Positions 13,904-27,376 of a stretch of 64,000 bases of DNA are shown here, in pieces. The notes beneath the pieces were generated by a model that did not search any database, was not told the DNA's origin, and saw nothing but the letters and a program-made list of their open reading frames with translations. Source of the DNA: Utricularia gibba (lineage: Eukaryota > Plantae > Magnoliophyta); the NCBI GenBank assembly GCA_002189035.1, contig NEEC01000021.1, forward strand, positions 744,001 to 808,000, written 5' to 3'. The position numbers and the translations under genes were made by a program. Every line of letters begins with the position of its first letter. The stretch's first letter is position 1.

Positions 13904-16345
13904 ATGGGTGGTTATGAGGATCAGATTGCAGTTTCAGGCGATTGGACGCCATCTAATGGAAGCCCGAGATCGATCTTCTCATCAATGAGGAATGATAACG
14001 TGGTAGCAGGATCACTTGAACCAGCTGTGGAAGTTAAAAACCAGCCCCTTTTTGAAGGGAGGACAGACTCTGGAAACACTGATGAAAATGAAGCCAGCAT
14101 CAAGGATGATGGAGAAATCGAGTGGAATACATTTTCAGAATCTAGAGCAAGCTCACGAGGGAATCTTGTTGAGAGAATGGCAGCCAGAGCTGGTAAAAAT
14201 GCTCCAAGATTGAATACAAGTATCAGACCACCCGATATTCCTGACATCTCTGATGGTCAGCAAACTTTTCTGATGACAATTCCTCCTGGTCTTAGCCCAA
14301 CAACTTTTCTGGAGTCCCCAGTTTTCCTTCATAACTCACAGGTGACTAACAATTTTTTTTTCATGGAAGAGAATTGTGTGGTTTTTTCTAAATACTATGA
14401 CTGCATTTGCCTGTAGGTTATGCCATCTCCCACAACTGGAAAGTTTTTCTATGCAGCATCTGGAAACAGTAGTAACTTAGCTCCGGTAACAGATAAATGC
14501 CAGACAAATTCGTTCCAGGATAGCTCATCCTTCACTTTCAAACCTGTTGCAGAATCTGGACCTCTATCTTACCGTAATCCAGCTAATAAAGTAAGTATTT
14601 GATGCCTAGAGCTAACTGAATCTTGGATGCATAATATAGTAATGAAGATAAGTATTTTTCTCGTAATGTGGAGACAGTGTCTCTGTTATATATGATGCTT
14701 GGAAATCCAGTGTAGCATGTCTAGAACTGATTGTCTCTGGGATTGCTGTTTATGTTTGTTTTTATGATGCTATCAAAATTAGATCTGTAGCTCTGATCTG
14801 AGATTGATTCTTGTTCATGCCGGTGACTCCAATTATCAGGAACCTATTAACGTCGAGGATTATTCAAAATCACATGGTGAAAAAACCAGCAAAAACGGCA
14901 CTTCTGAGATTTGTCACTCGAGTAGTGTTCCTGAAAGTTCTCCATCTCTTGAAGATGCAAATGAGAATGCGGATCAGTACTCTGGTGATCCTAGTGAAAG
15001 TCCTTGTGATGATGGATATTGTTGGAGAAAATATGGACAGAAGCAAGTCAGAGGAAGTGAGCATCCTAGGAGTTATTACAAATGCACACATGAAAACTGC
15101 CCTGTCAAGAAGAAAGTGGAACGCTCTCAGGAAGGAGACATTGCAGAGCTTGTCAATGGCGCCCATAACCATTCAAAGCCTCAGCCTGATCGCAGGGACA
15201 TGAATCAATACAACTCGAATAGCAACCGTGATTTTGTTTGGTCATCTGCACAGAAGCCAAATGCTACTGCTTCTGCATTAGCATGGTGTCAAGAATCAGG
15301 GTCCTCAGTCCCCATCCCACAAGAATACAGCACTGGCGGCGGCTCTCAACCTCAGGCTCAGTTTGAACTGGGAGATGGGGTGGATGTTTCATCCACTTTC
15401 TCGAATGATGATGAGGAAGAGCCTGTGATGCAAGGAGGTGCATCTTTAGTTTATGATGGTGAAGGAGATGAATCAGAATCAAAGAGAAGGTATGCAGCTT
15501 TTTTGTGGGTAACTTGGTAGAAATCATAGGAAGATAACACTTGAAACATTTATCTGCAGGAGGCATGAAACTCCATACATCCCAGAGTTGAGTGTAGTCA
15601 ACAGGGCTGCCATCAGGGAGCCGAGAGTTGTCGTCCAAACAATGAGTGATGTTGACATCCTTGATGATGGCTATCGTTGGCGCAAGTATGGCCAGAAAGT
15701 GGTGAAGGGAAATCCAAATCCAAGGTTCAAAAATCCACCTCTCTTTCCTTGCATTATTCTTCTCCTTTTGTGGAATCTGAACTGGCTGACCCTGTTGCAG
15801 GAGCTACTACAAGTGCACCAGCCCCGGGTGCAATGTCAGGAAGCATGTGGAGCGGGCTTCTCATGATCTCAAGTCCGTGATAACTACCTATGAAGGTAAG
15901 CACAACCATGATGTGCCTGCAGCAAGAAACAGCAGCCATGTCAACTCCGGGGCTCCAACAACCAGCAACCGCCTCCTCCGATGGCCGTTTCCAGTCACCT
16001 AAACCGCCCAGAGCTCATGCAAATGCTTGCCAACACGAGTTTCCGGCGACCGGAAATAGGTCCATATGGACTCTCAGGAAGGCCACAGATGAACGCCGGT
16101 CCAATGTACGGTTTCGGAGGATCCAACCAGCCACTGAATCTCAGTGCACTACCCGGTCTGGGGAAGCTCCCCCACTCCACCCTTACTCGGGAAGCCTCCC
16201 TCGGCCACTGAATAGCTACATGCTACCAAAAGTGGAGCCCAAATTGGAGCCTGTGACAACAGACTCTTCCGGCATGCTTCCCAGTGATGGCTCTTCACTG
16301 TATCAGCAGCTCATGAGCCAGTTGCCGCTTGGACCACAGATGTGA
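13904..16345 (+). CDS. WRKY2-like: Group I WRKY transcription factor with two WRKY domains, WRKY2/34-like; two apparent -1 frameshifts in the last exon
   Basis: N-terminus [22 protein letters not shown] and a [19 protein letters not shown] cluster. WRKYGQK occurs at about 15024 and 15678, each followed by a C2H2 finger. The WRKY2-type C-terminus [26 protein letters not shown] ends at 16345. Confidence 0.9.
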
Positions 16346-17576
16346 GTTTCTGGTAAATGGGAAGCAGCAAGCAAACAAGCAGTCTGAAGCTCTAGTACTG
16401 AACAATGACTGGACTTCACCGGGGAGCAGCCTTTTGTCTCTTTTGAGCTTCAACAAAGATAGTTCGTTTTCACTGCTTTTTTTATTCAGTAATGTACAGA
16501 AAACATCACCAGACCATTGGAATTTGGTAGTTTCAATGAAGATTTCATTGCTGAAATGCAGTCTCCCAGTCGTTACTTTTCTGTCCAAACCACAATAACC
16601 CTCTTGTGAATGTTAAACTATAAGATATTTAGTTGGTAGTTTTAAATAAATTCGAAATTATACGAGTTTTTTTAGCTCCATATAGATGGATTTATATAAA
16701 ACCATATACATTCATTACTTCAATTAAAACTATTTAATCTCATTTTTAATCTCAATAACTAAATACTACTTAAAAAATTAATTTCAATCCATCAACTTTA
16801 TTTAAATTCAAATAAATTAGATACATTTTATTACATTTCCATTAACCAAACACTAGCTAAGTTCTATGGCAAAAGCTCAATTCATAACACATCAAATGTT
16901 CTTTTGGGACATGTTTAGAAGGTTTGCCTGTATTTCAAAACATTCGTATATTAATAATTAAATATATTTAATATATATGTTTTTAATATAAATATGATTT
17001 TTCAAAAACTGTGAAATTTTTTAATCAATTAAATTTTGATTTAGTTTTTTTTATATGTTATAAATATATCTGTCAAATATAATATAATTTTAAATATGTG
17101 TTCGTAACAGTTATGTATTGGACACATTATTAAATTTAACTATATGATACTTATTTATTTGACCATGAATATTTCAAAATACATCATTAATTAAACTATA
17201 TTATAAAACATTAACTTATAATTTTAGTATTTTAGATTTTAAAATATAATAGTTTTTTTTATTTTTCCAAATGGGCTCAATCGTTAAAGGTTTGGGCCAC
17301 CATCACATTAATTGCCTGGAGCTTGTGATCCAAACAATCGATCTTACTGCGCGTTTTCTTTTTCTGCTGTAGTTTAATTTGTGTAATCCGCGGGGGGGAT
17401 TCTCCTCCGTCACATACCGGCGAATTCGGTCGTCTACTTCTGCGTTTTTTATTGATCCATATAGATCCGTCGCTGATGACCGCATTTAGACGATGAGTGG
17501 AGTGGTGTTCCGGCTCTGTTTCCATTTTCATGTGCTGTTTGGATCCAAGTGACTGTTTTCTGAGGCTTCGTATCGT

Positions 17577-20500
17577 ATGGCGGATAAGCAAGTTGTTAAA
17601 CGAGCTAAGTATAAGTCCACTGTGAAGGATCCTGGGGTTCCCGGCGTTATCAAGATGGTAATTTGTTTGCTGTTCTGTGCATTCTGGTTTTTCTCTTTTG
17701 GGCTCTTGGTGTTGTTTCATTCTCTAAAGCTTTTGGAGGAATTTCTGTTGTAATGTGCTATCATTGATCTGAACGTTATCATCCTGGAGATTAGGGTTAT
17801 GAAAATGTATTTTATTGATTGACTGTGCTGTTGCGGTACTCGTTGTATAATTACTAATATGCAAGGACATGATTTTTTTTAATTAAATTATTTATTCTGT
17901 CATCTCCAGGACATAGAAAAATTTGTTTTCGTGCCTAATGACCCCAAGTCATCCATGAAGCTAAATGTGGAGTTTAGGCTGATCAAAGGTGCTTTTTTTT
18001 TATTCAGCTTTATTGCCTATTTCAGTGTTCAATGTTGATGTACTACCATCTAGTGCAATTGAAACATGTTTTTCCACTAAAAAGAACAGTATCAAGGATT
18101 ATATTTAGTTTTCATACTGAATTGTGGTTGGGCTATAATTAATTTAGCTATTTGTGCATGCTTGCTAATCACAGGGCACAAATTCACCAAGGAAGGTTCC
18201 AGTAAACAGGCTATGCTTAATCTTTCACTGGAGCAGGCCCGTGCTCAATCTAAGTTGCAAATTTTTCAGATTGAAGCTTTGACGTAGATTTTCATGCTTT
18301 CATATTCGATGCTTTCTGAGTTATTAGCTGCATTCGTCTTATTTCAGGGTGGAAATTTCATTTTTGAATTCAGTAGTTTCCCTGACCGTGATGTTTGCAA
18401 AGAATTTGTGGGTGAGTTCTTACAAGAAGCACGTGTTCTATATATATGCTTGTTATGTGGCTTTGAGATTCCGTTGAGAAAATGTAGTTTTTTGGACATT
18501 ACGGGTCTCAAGCATTTGTTTGGCGAGTCACTATGACAAGCTCATATTCTGCATAGTGAACTGTGTACATTTTGAGTTTCAAGGCAATAGATAAAGTTCG
18601 CCATTAAGCTAGATGGTCAGTTATAACATGGTGCTGTATCAAGTGCAATGTAGATATTGAAAATGATCAGCGGGTTATCATTTTATTTATCTTTAGAAAT
18701 GTTAATTCATTTACTACCACGTGCTTGACAATTTTAGAATTTAGACTTTCAGTTAGCCTGAACAATGTTAGATACATCGTTTACTTGCATTTATGAGTTC
18801 GAAGACACTGCTTTAAAAAAATCAATACTATGTTCTATGTGTAAAATTGCATGCAGCGAATGCTCTTGGTTTTCATGCTGAAGCTGGAAAATCTGTCGCG
18901 GGGACGACTGATGTGTCAACTGCCAATGAGCAACTTAGCAGAGCCGAGTTGGAACATAGAATTAAGCTGCTGCAAGAAAACAGGTATTTGCACGAATGCC
19001 TTGAAGTTTTTGTAGGGTATGATTGGGGAAGTACTCGTTGCAGCAGCTGCTGCTGCTCGAATTTCTCTTGAATTGGAACGTAGAGTAAACTTCTGTTGCC
19101 ACTGTTTTATGTTTTGCATCTTCAATGTTTGCCACTACGGTGGATGTATTAAATAAGTGAAATTGGCAGTGACTTACAGGTGCTTCACAAGCAATTCGTT
19201 TATGGTGGTATACTTACTGAAGCTGAATTTTGGGCAACACGACAGGTTGGCAATCTTCTTGTTATTAATTTCACTTAAAAAAATTATTTAATGACGTAGA
19301 TTAGCCAAACATTATAGCATAGTCTGTTGAATAATTTCATTTGGAGACTTCCTAATGTGATGTTTTTTTTTCTGGCTTCATTGTTGGCTAGGATTCTTAA
19401 GATATTCTATGCGTAGTCTTCTTTATATAATTTTTAATATTGATTTTCGTGTCTACTTATTCTAAAGTGTCTGTACCGTGATACAGAAATTGTTGGAACA
19501 GAATAATAACAACAGGCAGAAACAGAGGCTAGCGTTGAAAAATGACATGTGGATTGTGAAGCCGCTATCTGATGGTCAGGTGAGCTCCCTTTCTTTCTGC
19601 ACCTCAACTAATAATATGAATAGCGAATGCTTCTCATGCAATATCAGCTACATCTTTAAGTGCCAGATCATTGCATCAAATTTTTTTTAGGCGAAATAGC
19701 CAATAAATCTGCTAAATTTTAGCTGTCCCCCTATATCTTTCTTTTATTTTAGTTCACAGGGTTGATTTTAATGGGATTCTCATATTTTTGTTTCAGTCAA
19801 ACAGAGTAACCTTTAACCTAACACCTGAAATCATTCATCAGGTATGCATCTATTCTTTCCTGTTCTTTCTGGCACTCTCTATTTGCCCTTTTTTCCTGAT
19901 TTATTATATCTTGCTAGATAAAAACGCATTTAATGTGGTCAGCAATCAAAACACCCTGTTTCCTTATTTTTGTTTATTTCATTGTGTTGCCGATGCGTAT
20001 ATGAATATTTTAACCTTTATGACAGATATTTGCTGAAAAACCAGCAGTTCGTGAAGCGTATCTGAAATTTGTTCCAGACAAGGTAGCCATTTTGTAATAT
20101 CGGGACATTTTTGTAGTGCTTCACAGTCTCCTTGCATATATTTATCATGGTCATACTCTGAAATATGAGCTGAGTGGCCTTGATTAGAAAATGAGCCAAT
20201 AAGTTGAATGCATGAAATGCTTAAACTTCACTAGCTAACGGAATGCAACATTGATTATATTTCGATGTTGGAAGTGTTAGAGGAACTTTGATGTTCTACT
20301 ACAGATGACTGAAAAGGAGTTCTGGACCAAATATTCTAGAGCTGAGTATCTCCACAGTACGAAAAATATAGTTGCTGCGGCTGCTGAGGCAGCTGAAGAT
20401 GAGGAGCTTGCTGTCTTTCTCAAACGGGATGATATGCTTGCAGTTGAAGCACGAAGGAAGGTAACTTGATTTGAATTTCTTGCCTATTTTTTTTGTATCA

Positions 20501-23096
20501 AATTTTTTGTATTATGGCCTCATATAGAACCACTGCTTTCCGCAGATAAGGCGGGTTGATCCAACTGTGGACCTGGAATCCGACAAGGGTGATGACTACA
20601 CACATCTCCAGGTATGTGTGGAGTGTAGCCCATGTTCAGCAATAGCTCTCTTCTCTATTTTTCCAGGGCTGGTTTTCCCTCTCTTTTGATATCTTTTTCC
20701 TAATATAAAAAAATAAATCTTAACTCATTTGCGTTTTTTTTTGTTTTGTTCAAAGAAGCATATTTATGTTTTCGTTCACGGGGTGCATTGTCGTTCCTTA
20801 ATTTTGAATGGAGCGTGTTGACTTTTTTATTTATTTAAAGATTTTAATCCCTTAATTTGAATTGCATTTCCTAATGTATTACCTAGGATCATGGACTACC
20901 CGACAATGAGATCAAGGATGACTTGGACTCACAATATGAGCCCTATCGGAGATCCTTCTCACAAGACTTGAACCAGCATTCGGCAGTTGTCCTCCAAGGA
21001 AGAATTGTGGGTAAGTATTGTAGAACTAATGATTTTAAATACATAGCAGTGAGCTGATGAACTAATGCAACTGATGTTTTCTTTTTGTTCCATTGTTGTG
21101 GAAGATGTTGAGCTAGGTGATACACGGGCTGTTGCTGAAGCCTTTGCTAAAACCAAACATGGTCAGAATAGCACCTTCACCATTATTGGCCATGCAGATT
21201 GCAGTTATTTGTCAAGGGAGCAGCTTCATTTCAGCTGAATTCTTTTGCAGCTGAGTTGTCCAATGATACATCTAGTAAGGATTTGAGGATGGAATCCTCT
21301 GACCCAATCTTTCGAAGAGCTGAGATGGAGGATCTTCAGGGACCTCGAGATCCTGAAGCTGCTCCTCTTTTAATCAAGGTTTGGCCATTAAAATTGTTAC
21401 ATTTTAAAAATCATACTACTCACTTTGTTTTTTTCATGACTTCTATTCATGAACAGGATCCTCGTGACTATTTTGATGCTCAACAAGCCAACGCACTAAA
21501 AGCACTGGGAGATGCAGTTGCAGGTGCCAAACCATTAAAAACCAGGGTGAGTCCGGATGAGGCTTATGGTTTCCTCAGGGATCTTGCAGCGGATATCAGA
21601 GTTAATGGCTTGATTGAACCAATTATGGGTCGGGAGGTGGCTTTTAAGGTATTTACTTCTACATTTAATTTTCTCTTTATTACAGAGTTACTCAACTATT
21701 GACATTTTCCATGAGAGCCTCTCTGTTTCCTGTAGGTCCTAACAAGTTTAACACATAATATATCTAGTGCCAAGTTTCATCTTGGACATGATCCACGAGA
21801 GAGTGTCCTCGACAGATTGCCGAAAGTTACTAAAGAAGAACTCTTGCAAGTATGTTTGTGCCATACCGCAACTAAAATTTTTCATATATGACTTAATATT
21901 CTTTGGTGGTCTTTTCTTGCAGCACTCGGCATCTCTTCAGGAACTACTTATTCATTTCTGGTCATCATATCCTATTACAACAAATCACCTTTATACAAAG
22001 GTTTTTTTTTTCCACACTCAGTGTTGAGCATATTTAGTGTCCATTCTTTTCATCCTGGTGAATCTCTCATCTTTATCCTAAAAAAAGCGTAAGGCCAGAA
22101 TTCATAGAAATGTCGCAGGCTTATCTATTTCTTGTGTAGCAGCTCGCCTTGCTTGTTATCTTCTATGGGATTGTTCATGGTTTTGCTGTTTTTAGGAAAA
22201 GTTGCTTCCTTTTGATTGTGATTGAAGTTCATGCACTTATTTGTTAAAAGTTTGAAATCTATATGAATTTCAAGGTGAAGGCAGAAGGCAATGCATATGA
22301 GTGGTAGAAAAACAAACCCATATGCCGTTCACTCCTAGTGCTCTTAGGAGGTTATTCGATAAAAGAAATGCAATAGCTTCACATCTTTTTCCTTGGACAG
22401 GGTTCCAGTCTCTTAAACTCATTTAGTGTTGTTCCAAAACCGGCTTGTGCGTTCAATTTTCAACACATGCATTCTTCTTCCTTGTTCCTAGTAGTCTCTG
22501 TGCCCCCCTCCGTAACTAGGATTTGAACCTTGTTATTGTAGTGTCTGCCCGGGCTAGATTTGTAGTAGAGAAAACTTCGTCAGTCTGAGTCCACTTTGTA
22601 GCGACAGTAACCTAAGGTCAGAGTTTATGAGCTCTTTTCTGATTGAATGATGCTCCTAAAGGGATGGTATTTGAGTGTGCTGGTTTTCCAAACACTTGCA
22701 TCAATATTCTAATCTTCTCCTCCATTTACTCTTCGTTATCAGGTTACTCGATTAAAAGATGCAATGTCACAGTTATACCCCAAGTTACAGGTAAGCTCCC
22801 ATCACTTATCATCAGCCATGGCTGCCATATTTTGATCCTTCCCACCTTCCTGCACCTCCAGGAGATCAAGGAATCTGTGCAGTCTGATTTCCGGCATCAA
22901 GTCTCCCTTCTTATCCAGCCCATGCTTCAGGTTTGCTCCAAGTCTGCATCATCTTGATGCCCTCGTTGCCATTTCCATTTATGGTGCAATTCTGTTGCTG
23001 CAGGCTCTGGATGCTGCATTTGCACACTACGATGCAGACACACAGAGGAGATCAGCTGGCCAAAACGGGGAGAAGCATCACCATCAACTCCGGTGA
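17577..23096 (+). CDS. TFB1: TFIIH subunit 1 (p62/TFB1), PH-like and BSD domains, many short exons
   Basis: Starts MADKQVVKRAKYKSTVKDPGVPG, then FVPNDPKS, HKFTKEG..LNLS, LHKQFV..ILTEAEFWATR, VTFNLTPEIIHQ, MTEKEFWTKY and DPRDYFDAQQ. Last exon is ALDAAFAHY. Splice phases were consistent wherever checked. Confidence 0.9.
22500..22610 (-). mobile_element. Possible degenerate tRNA-derived SINE fragment in a TFB1 intron
   Basis: Minus-strand B-box GGTTCAAATCC at 22519-22529 and an A-box-like TCGCTACAAAGTGG at 22591-22604. No tail or target-site duplication recognised. Confidence 0.2.
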
Positions 23097-23875
23097 TGCA
23101 GCAGTGCCTGCCTTATGAAGAAATTTTGCTCCATGGCTTGATCACCTAAAATGCGAGTGAGTGATACGTCAACATCATATTTCTTAATGGCTTGCACTAT
23201 TGTTAATGCAATCCATGAAGCCTGTTTTTTATGGCAATCGTGCAAACAGTTTTTCAATTTTTTAAAAGATGAATTAGTTTATGATATCGTAAATCAGTTT
23301 TAATTTTAAATTCAACAGAATTTCATGCCAAGGTTTTTTGCATTTTCATCTAAAGTTCAATGACTCTAAATCTTTTATTAGAGTTATATCGTATTCATAT
23401 CTCGTCATTTAGGAAGTTTGATGAGAAAAAAACTATCAAAGTAGGAATGAAAATTGTGAATATTATTTATAATGATATGTCGTTATAATGATGTTAGAGT
23501 TCTATTAGTTTTGATAATATAAAGAGGTTAAATGTATAATTTCATAAATTTAAGAATAAATTATTTAAAAAAATTAAATTGAAAGACATATAAAATAATT
23601 TTAAGGATTGAATTATTTATATTGATTATAATTTGTAATGACATCAACAAACTTCACCTTTTAATATTTTATGTAATGACAATATTGATATTCATAAAAT
23701 TAAGATTTAGTCACAAGAATCAACTTTAACATTATACAAAAATAATAATTAATATTTTTATCAAATTATATAAAAAATTAATATTTGAAACAGTCAAAGT
23801 CAATTTTACTATATACAAAACGATAAGAATTAATTATATATAATTTTTAAATACCATGTGCAGTATTGATACGAG

Positions 23876-25853
23876 TTATAGGGTTCCTTCATCAGCCAGA
23901 GACCCTCCCCTGAATCTGATGTTTGAAAAGGGGTTAAAATGGGACCTCACCCAACCCCAAACAGACTTGTTGAAGCCATGGAACTGTACTTCCACAGACC
24001 TCCTGCTGCCTTTTCTGAAGAACTCCACGTTCTTGATCACTTCATAGTCTGTGTTTTCACCCTCTTCGATCAATGGAAGAGAAGCAGAGCCACCAGACTC
24101 CAGATTCTGTATCCAGTTGCGCACAAGAAAGTTCACAACCTGGACAAAAGCGCAAAATGCAGACAACATGCTTTAGTTCAGAGAAGTATATGCAGCATCC
24201 CGAGGTGATCTTCCATTCCTCCAGTCACCGGGATATTTGAGAGCTGATCGGAGCGAGGTGGAAGAAAGGAGGGTAAAAAGGAGGAAGGTGATCACCTCAG
24301 GAACTTCGTCGTGTGGGCAGTGACCTGCTGGGCTGATCTCGTAGTACAAAGCATCTGGTACTTGCTGCCTTGCTTGCAAACCCCAGATGGGTGTAACCCA
24401 AGGATCTTCCTTTCCGTACATAAGACAAACAGGTTTACTGTTCTCTCGACACCTAAGAGGACAGGCGAGGTCAATGCTGACAAAGAGGTGCTGCAATTCT
24501 AACATTCTCAGGAACCAGGATGAACATGAGGAGGTGTGTCTGCTTTATTACATACCTGGACAAGGTTTGGTTGAAGGTTAATCTTCCCTGAGGGGCAAAC
24601 ATGATTGAAGCAAAGGATGCAGCTGCAGCTGGATGCTGTGTAGTCTCCACGATTCGGGTGAACACCTTGTCGACATTCAGTGAGTGGTCTGTGTAAACTT
24701 GTCCCAGAATTCCAGCAATTGTCTTTGGATCACTTATTTTCTGCCATCTACAATGCAAGCAAGCGTTTATCAAAAGACTCATATTAAACAAAAGAATGAG
24801 GTGACTGAGTTTTCCATCAGATGGCACTCACAAAATGGCAACCAGTTTTCTAATTCTTGGGGGCAGAGGGAATGTTCCAGTCCATGGGAAGAGTCTTGAA
24901 AGTCTTGGAGATCTCTCTGGGTTTGGAAGAAAGCCCCAAAATGGAGTTGCATTGAGCAAAATGACACCTTTTACTAACTCGGGATTCATTGCAGCGAGGT
25001 AGAGTGCCATGAAGCCACCGAGGGAATTTCCAACTACATATGTTGGCTCCTTAATCACCTGGAATTTTCCATGTCTCCTCATCAGAGAACTGCATACTCC
25101 AAAATCCAGAAAAAGAGAGTGTAAAAAACTGAGGTGTATGCATACCTCTTCAATGAAATGTTGTACTTGCTCATGCCACAAATCAACTGAAAAAACTAAT
25201 TCTTCAGCCCATGCCTCACTTTGATCTCCAAATCCCCAGAAGTTAGCTTCTCCATCTAACCTGTCCTTGTTTTCATCCTCAGGTTGCAAAGTAGGATCTT
25301 CACGTGGCAGTGACAAGCCTTGACCAACAAAATCAAGAGCCCAAGTTCTATGGCCTCGACCAAGATCTTTCAACTGCTTTTCATAATGAAACGATCCAAC
25401 TCCAAATCCAGGAAGAAATAGAACAGATGGGGAATCTGCATTTTGAGAACCTGCTGTTTCATAATGGACACTCAGCTTTGGCTTCCATTCCCAGTAGTGA
25501 CTGGTAATGGTAGCCACATCATCTCCCCTTTCTTCATCAGGTAAGCTAGGAATCAACACCTTTGGTTTAGATTGAGCACCAGATATGGCATTGCTTCCAT
25601 TACCTTCTGCATCTAGAGTGTAGGAAGCACAAGCTCCACTTGAATCAACTTGCTCATAGCTTTTATGGCAGCAAACCAGTGGAGGAAGTATGTGTTCCTT
25701 CGATCTTGAAGCCTGGGAGACTGATTTGGTTCTACGAAAGAGGTGCTTCGCCCCTGTCCGAGGATGCTGAGAATAATGGGAACTCAAGTCCTTCTGATCC
25801 CGACAGCTCGGAGCATAATTCATGTGTGCAGAATGGCAAGATAGAAGTTCCAT
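23876..25853 (-). CDS. PPH: Pheophytinase (pheophytin pheophorbide hydrolase), alpha/beta hydrolase
   Basis: WEWKPKLSVHYE..VLFLPGFGVGSFHYEKQL..WALDFVGQGLSLP, the nucleophile motif YVVGNSLGG, HPAAAASFASIMFAPQG, LMYGKEDPWV and YYEISPAGHCPHDEVPEV. ATG at 25853 (MELLSCH) lies just after a 5'UTR intron acceptor. Confidence 0.92.
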
Positions 25854-27184
25854 CCTGATCTTTAAGGTTGCAAGAAAGGAAAAACTCAGCAAGCTAATGA
25901 TTCAAGCTCGAGGAAACATATTACAAGCGACAGCCCAATATGTTAAAAGCGAAAATTGAGAAGAAGCATTCTAGCAACAAACCAACCCCAGAACGAGGAG
26001 ATCAAGATATCGAAGCAGCACTACTTATTAGGAAAAAGCAGTTGGTAAGGTGATCACCAGAAGGGGAAAAATCAAAACTTTGTGTCGGTATCAATCTTCT
26101 GATACCGTATGAGCTGAGTGCACGCCTTGTTCTCGCAAATTTGTGGAGCCAATTCTTCGAGGGACCACGCACAGTTTGAAAACAAAAATCCGTCAAAACA
26201 ATCTCACCGACCCCAGGTGCAATGGCGGCCTACAGGGTAAAATCTTGGGTTTACATTTACAAGTTAAAGCGGGGGATTTACATCAAATCCAAGGACTGGA
26301 GAAAAGGAGACAGCATTCCATTAGACCGAAGCTCTGGGCCTCTCTGATCATTGAAACTGGAGAAGCTGCTTCCTGGAAGTTCACCTCAATCCTAGAGAAC
26401 ACCTGATCAACAAAATCGTCATGTTAACATCATTAAAAGAGGCATCGCAGCTCGAGGGTGAGAACAGAGGACTATATTTCGATTCCCAATAATAGATGTA
26501 AGTAGTAGTATTGAAATTAAGTATCCTATGGATGGAATTAATACACATAAATTTAGGTACATAAAAAACGTAAATCATATTAAAAAAATATTATATTCAA
26601 ATAATTATTAGTAATCGTTATTTAATTTTTAAATCTTAATGTGAAATTATTTGTTATAATATACAAATTCAAATTGAATTGATTTTTTATCCGGTTAAAA
26701 CTTGTTTTTATGTATAATTGTAATTAATATTCAAATCATAAATTGATCTAATTTGTGTCCCTAATCTTAATGCATCTTTTTGTTTTTTGTTTTTTTATTA
26801 TTAGTTAAAACTTAAATCAGTAAGAAGATCATCTTGGATACTCAATTTGTATAGTGAAATATTAAGTTCAAATTAAACATATGATGAATCGGTGAGTACA
26901 CTGAATCTCAAATATATAAGAAATGTAAATTACATTAAAAAAATTAAACATAATGAATTATTAGTAATCTATAATTTATTATATATTTAATTATTAAATT
27001 TTAATTAGTGTTGGTAGTTGGAGTGGAGAATGCAAAAGTAGAGTTTCTCCGAAGAGAAATGGAATATTCCGTAACGGAATCCATCCATCAGTATTTATAG
27101 CTGGTGAAAATTTTTTTATTATCTATGAAATTATTGTAATGAAAAATTGAATTTTATTTTTATTTTTTTTTATCAATATTTTTA

Positions 27185-27280
27185 GCTTCTAGAGACTTCG
27201 AAGCGGGTGCCTGCATTTCGCCAACGGACCAACACTACAGAAGAATCTAGAAGCCCTACTTCACTCCCTATATAAACCTT
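27185..27280 (+). promoter_or_regulatory. HSP90 core promoter: imperfect heat-shock elements and TATA box
   Basis: CTTCTAGAGACTTCGAAG at about 27187 and GAAGAATCTAGAAG at about 27240 resemble nGAAn/nTTCn arrays. CCTATATAAA is at about 27267, about 110 bp before the ATG. Confidence 0.55.
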
Positions 27281-27376
27281 CCTAAACATCGCTAACGTTG
27301 CTTAGCTTCACGTCGTCCTCTCTTCAAGATCTCATATTCGGCAAAATCGTGCAGCGTACTTGTTCCGGCGGCGGAT

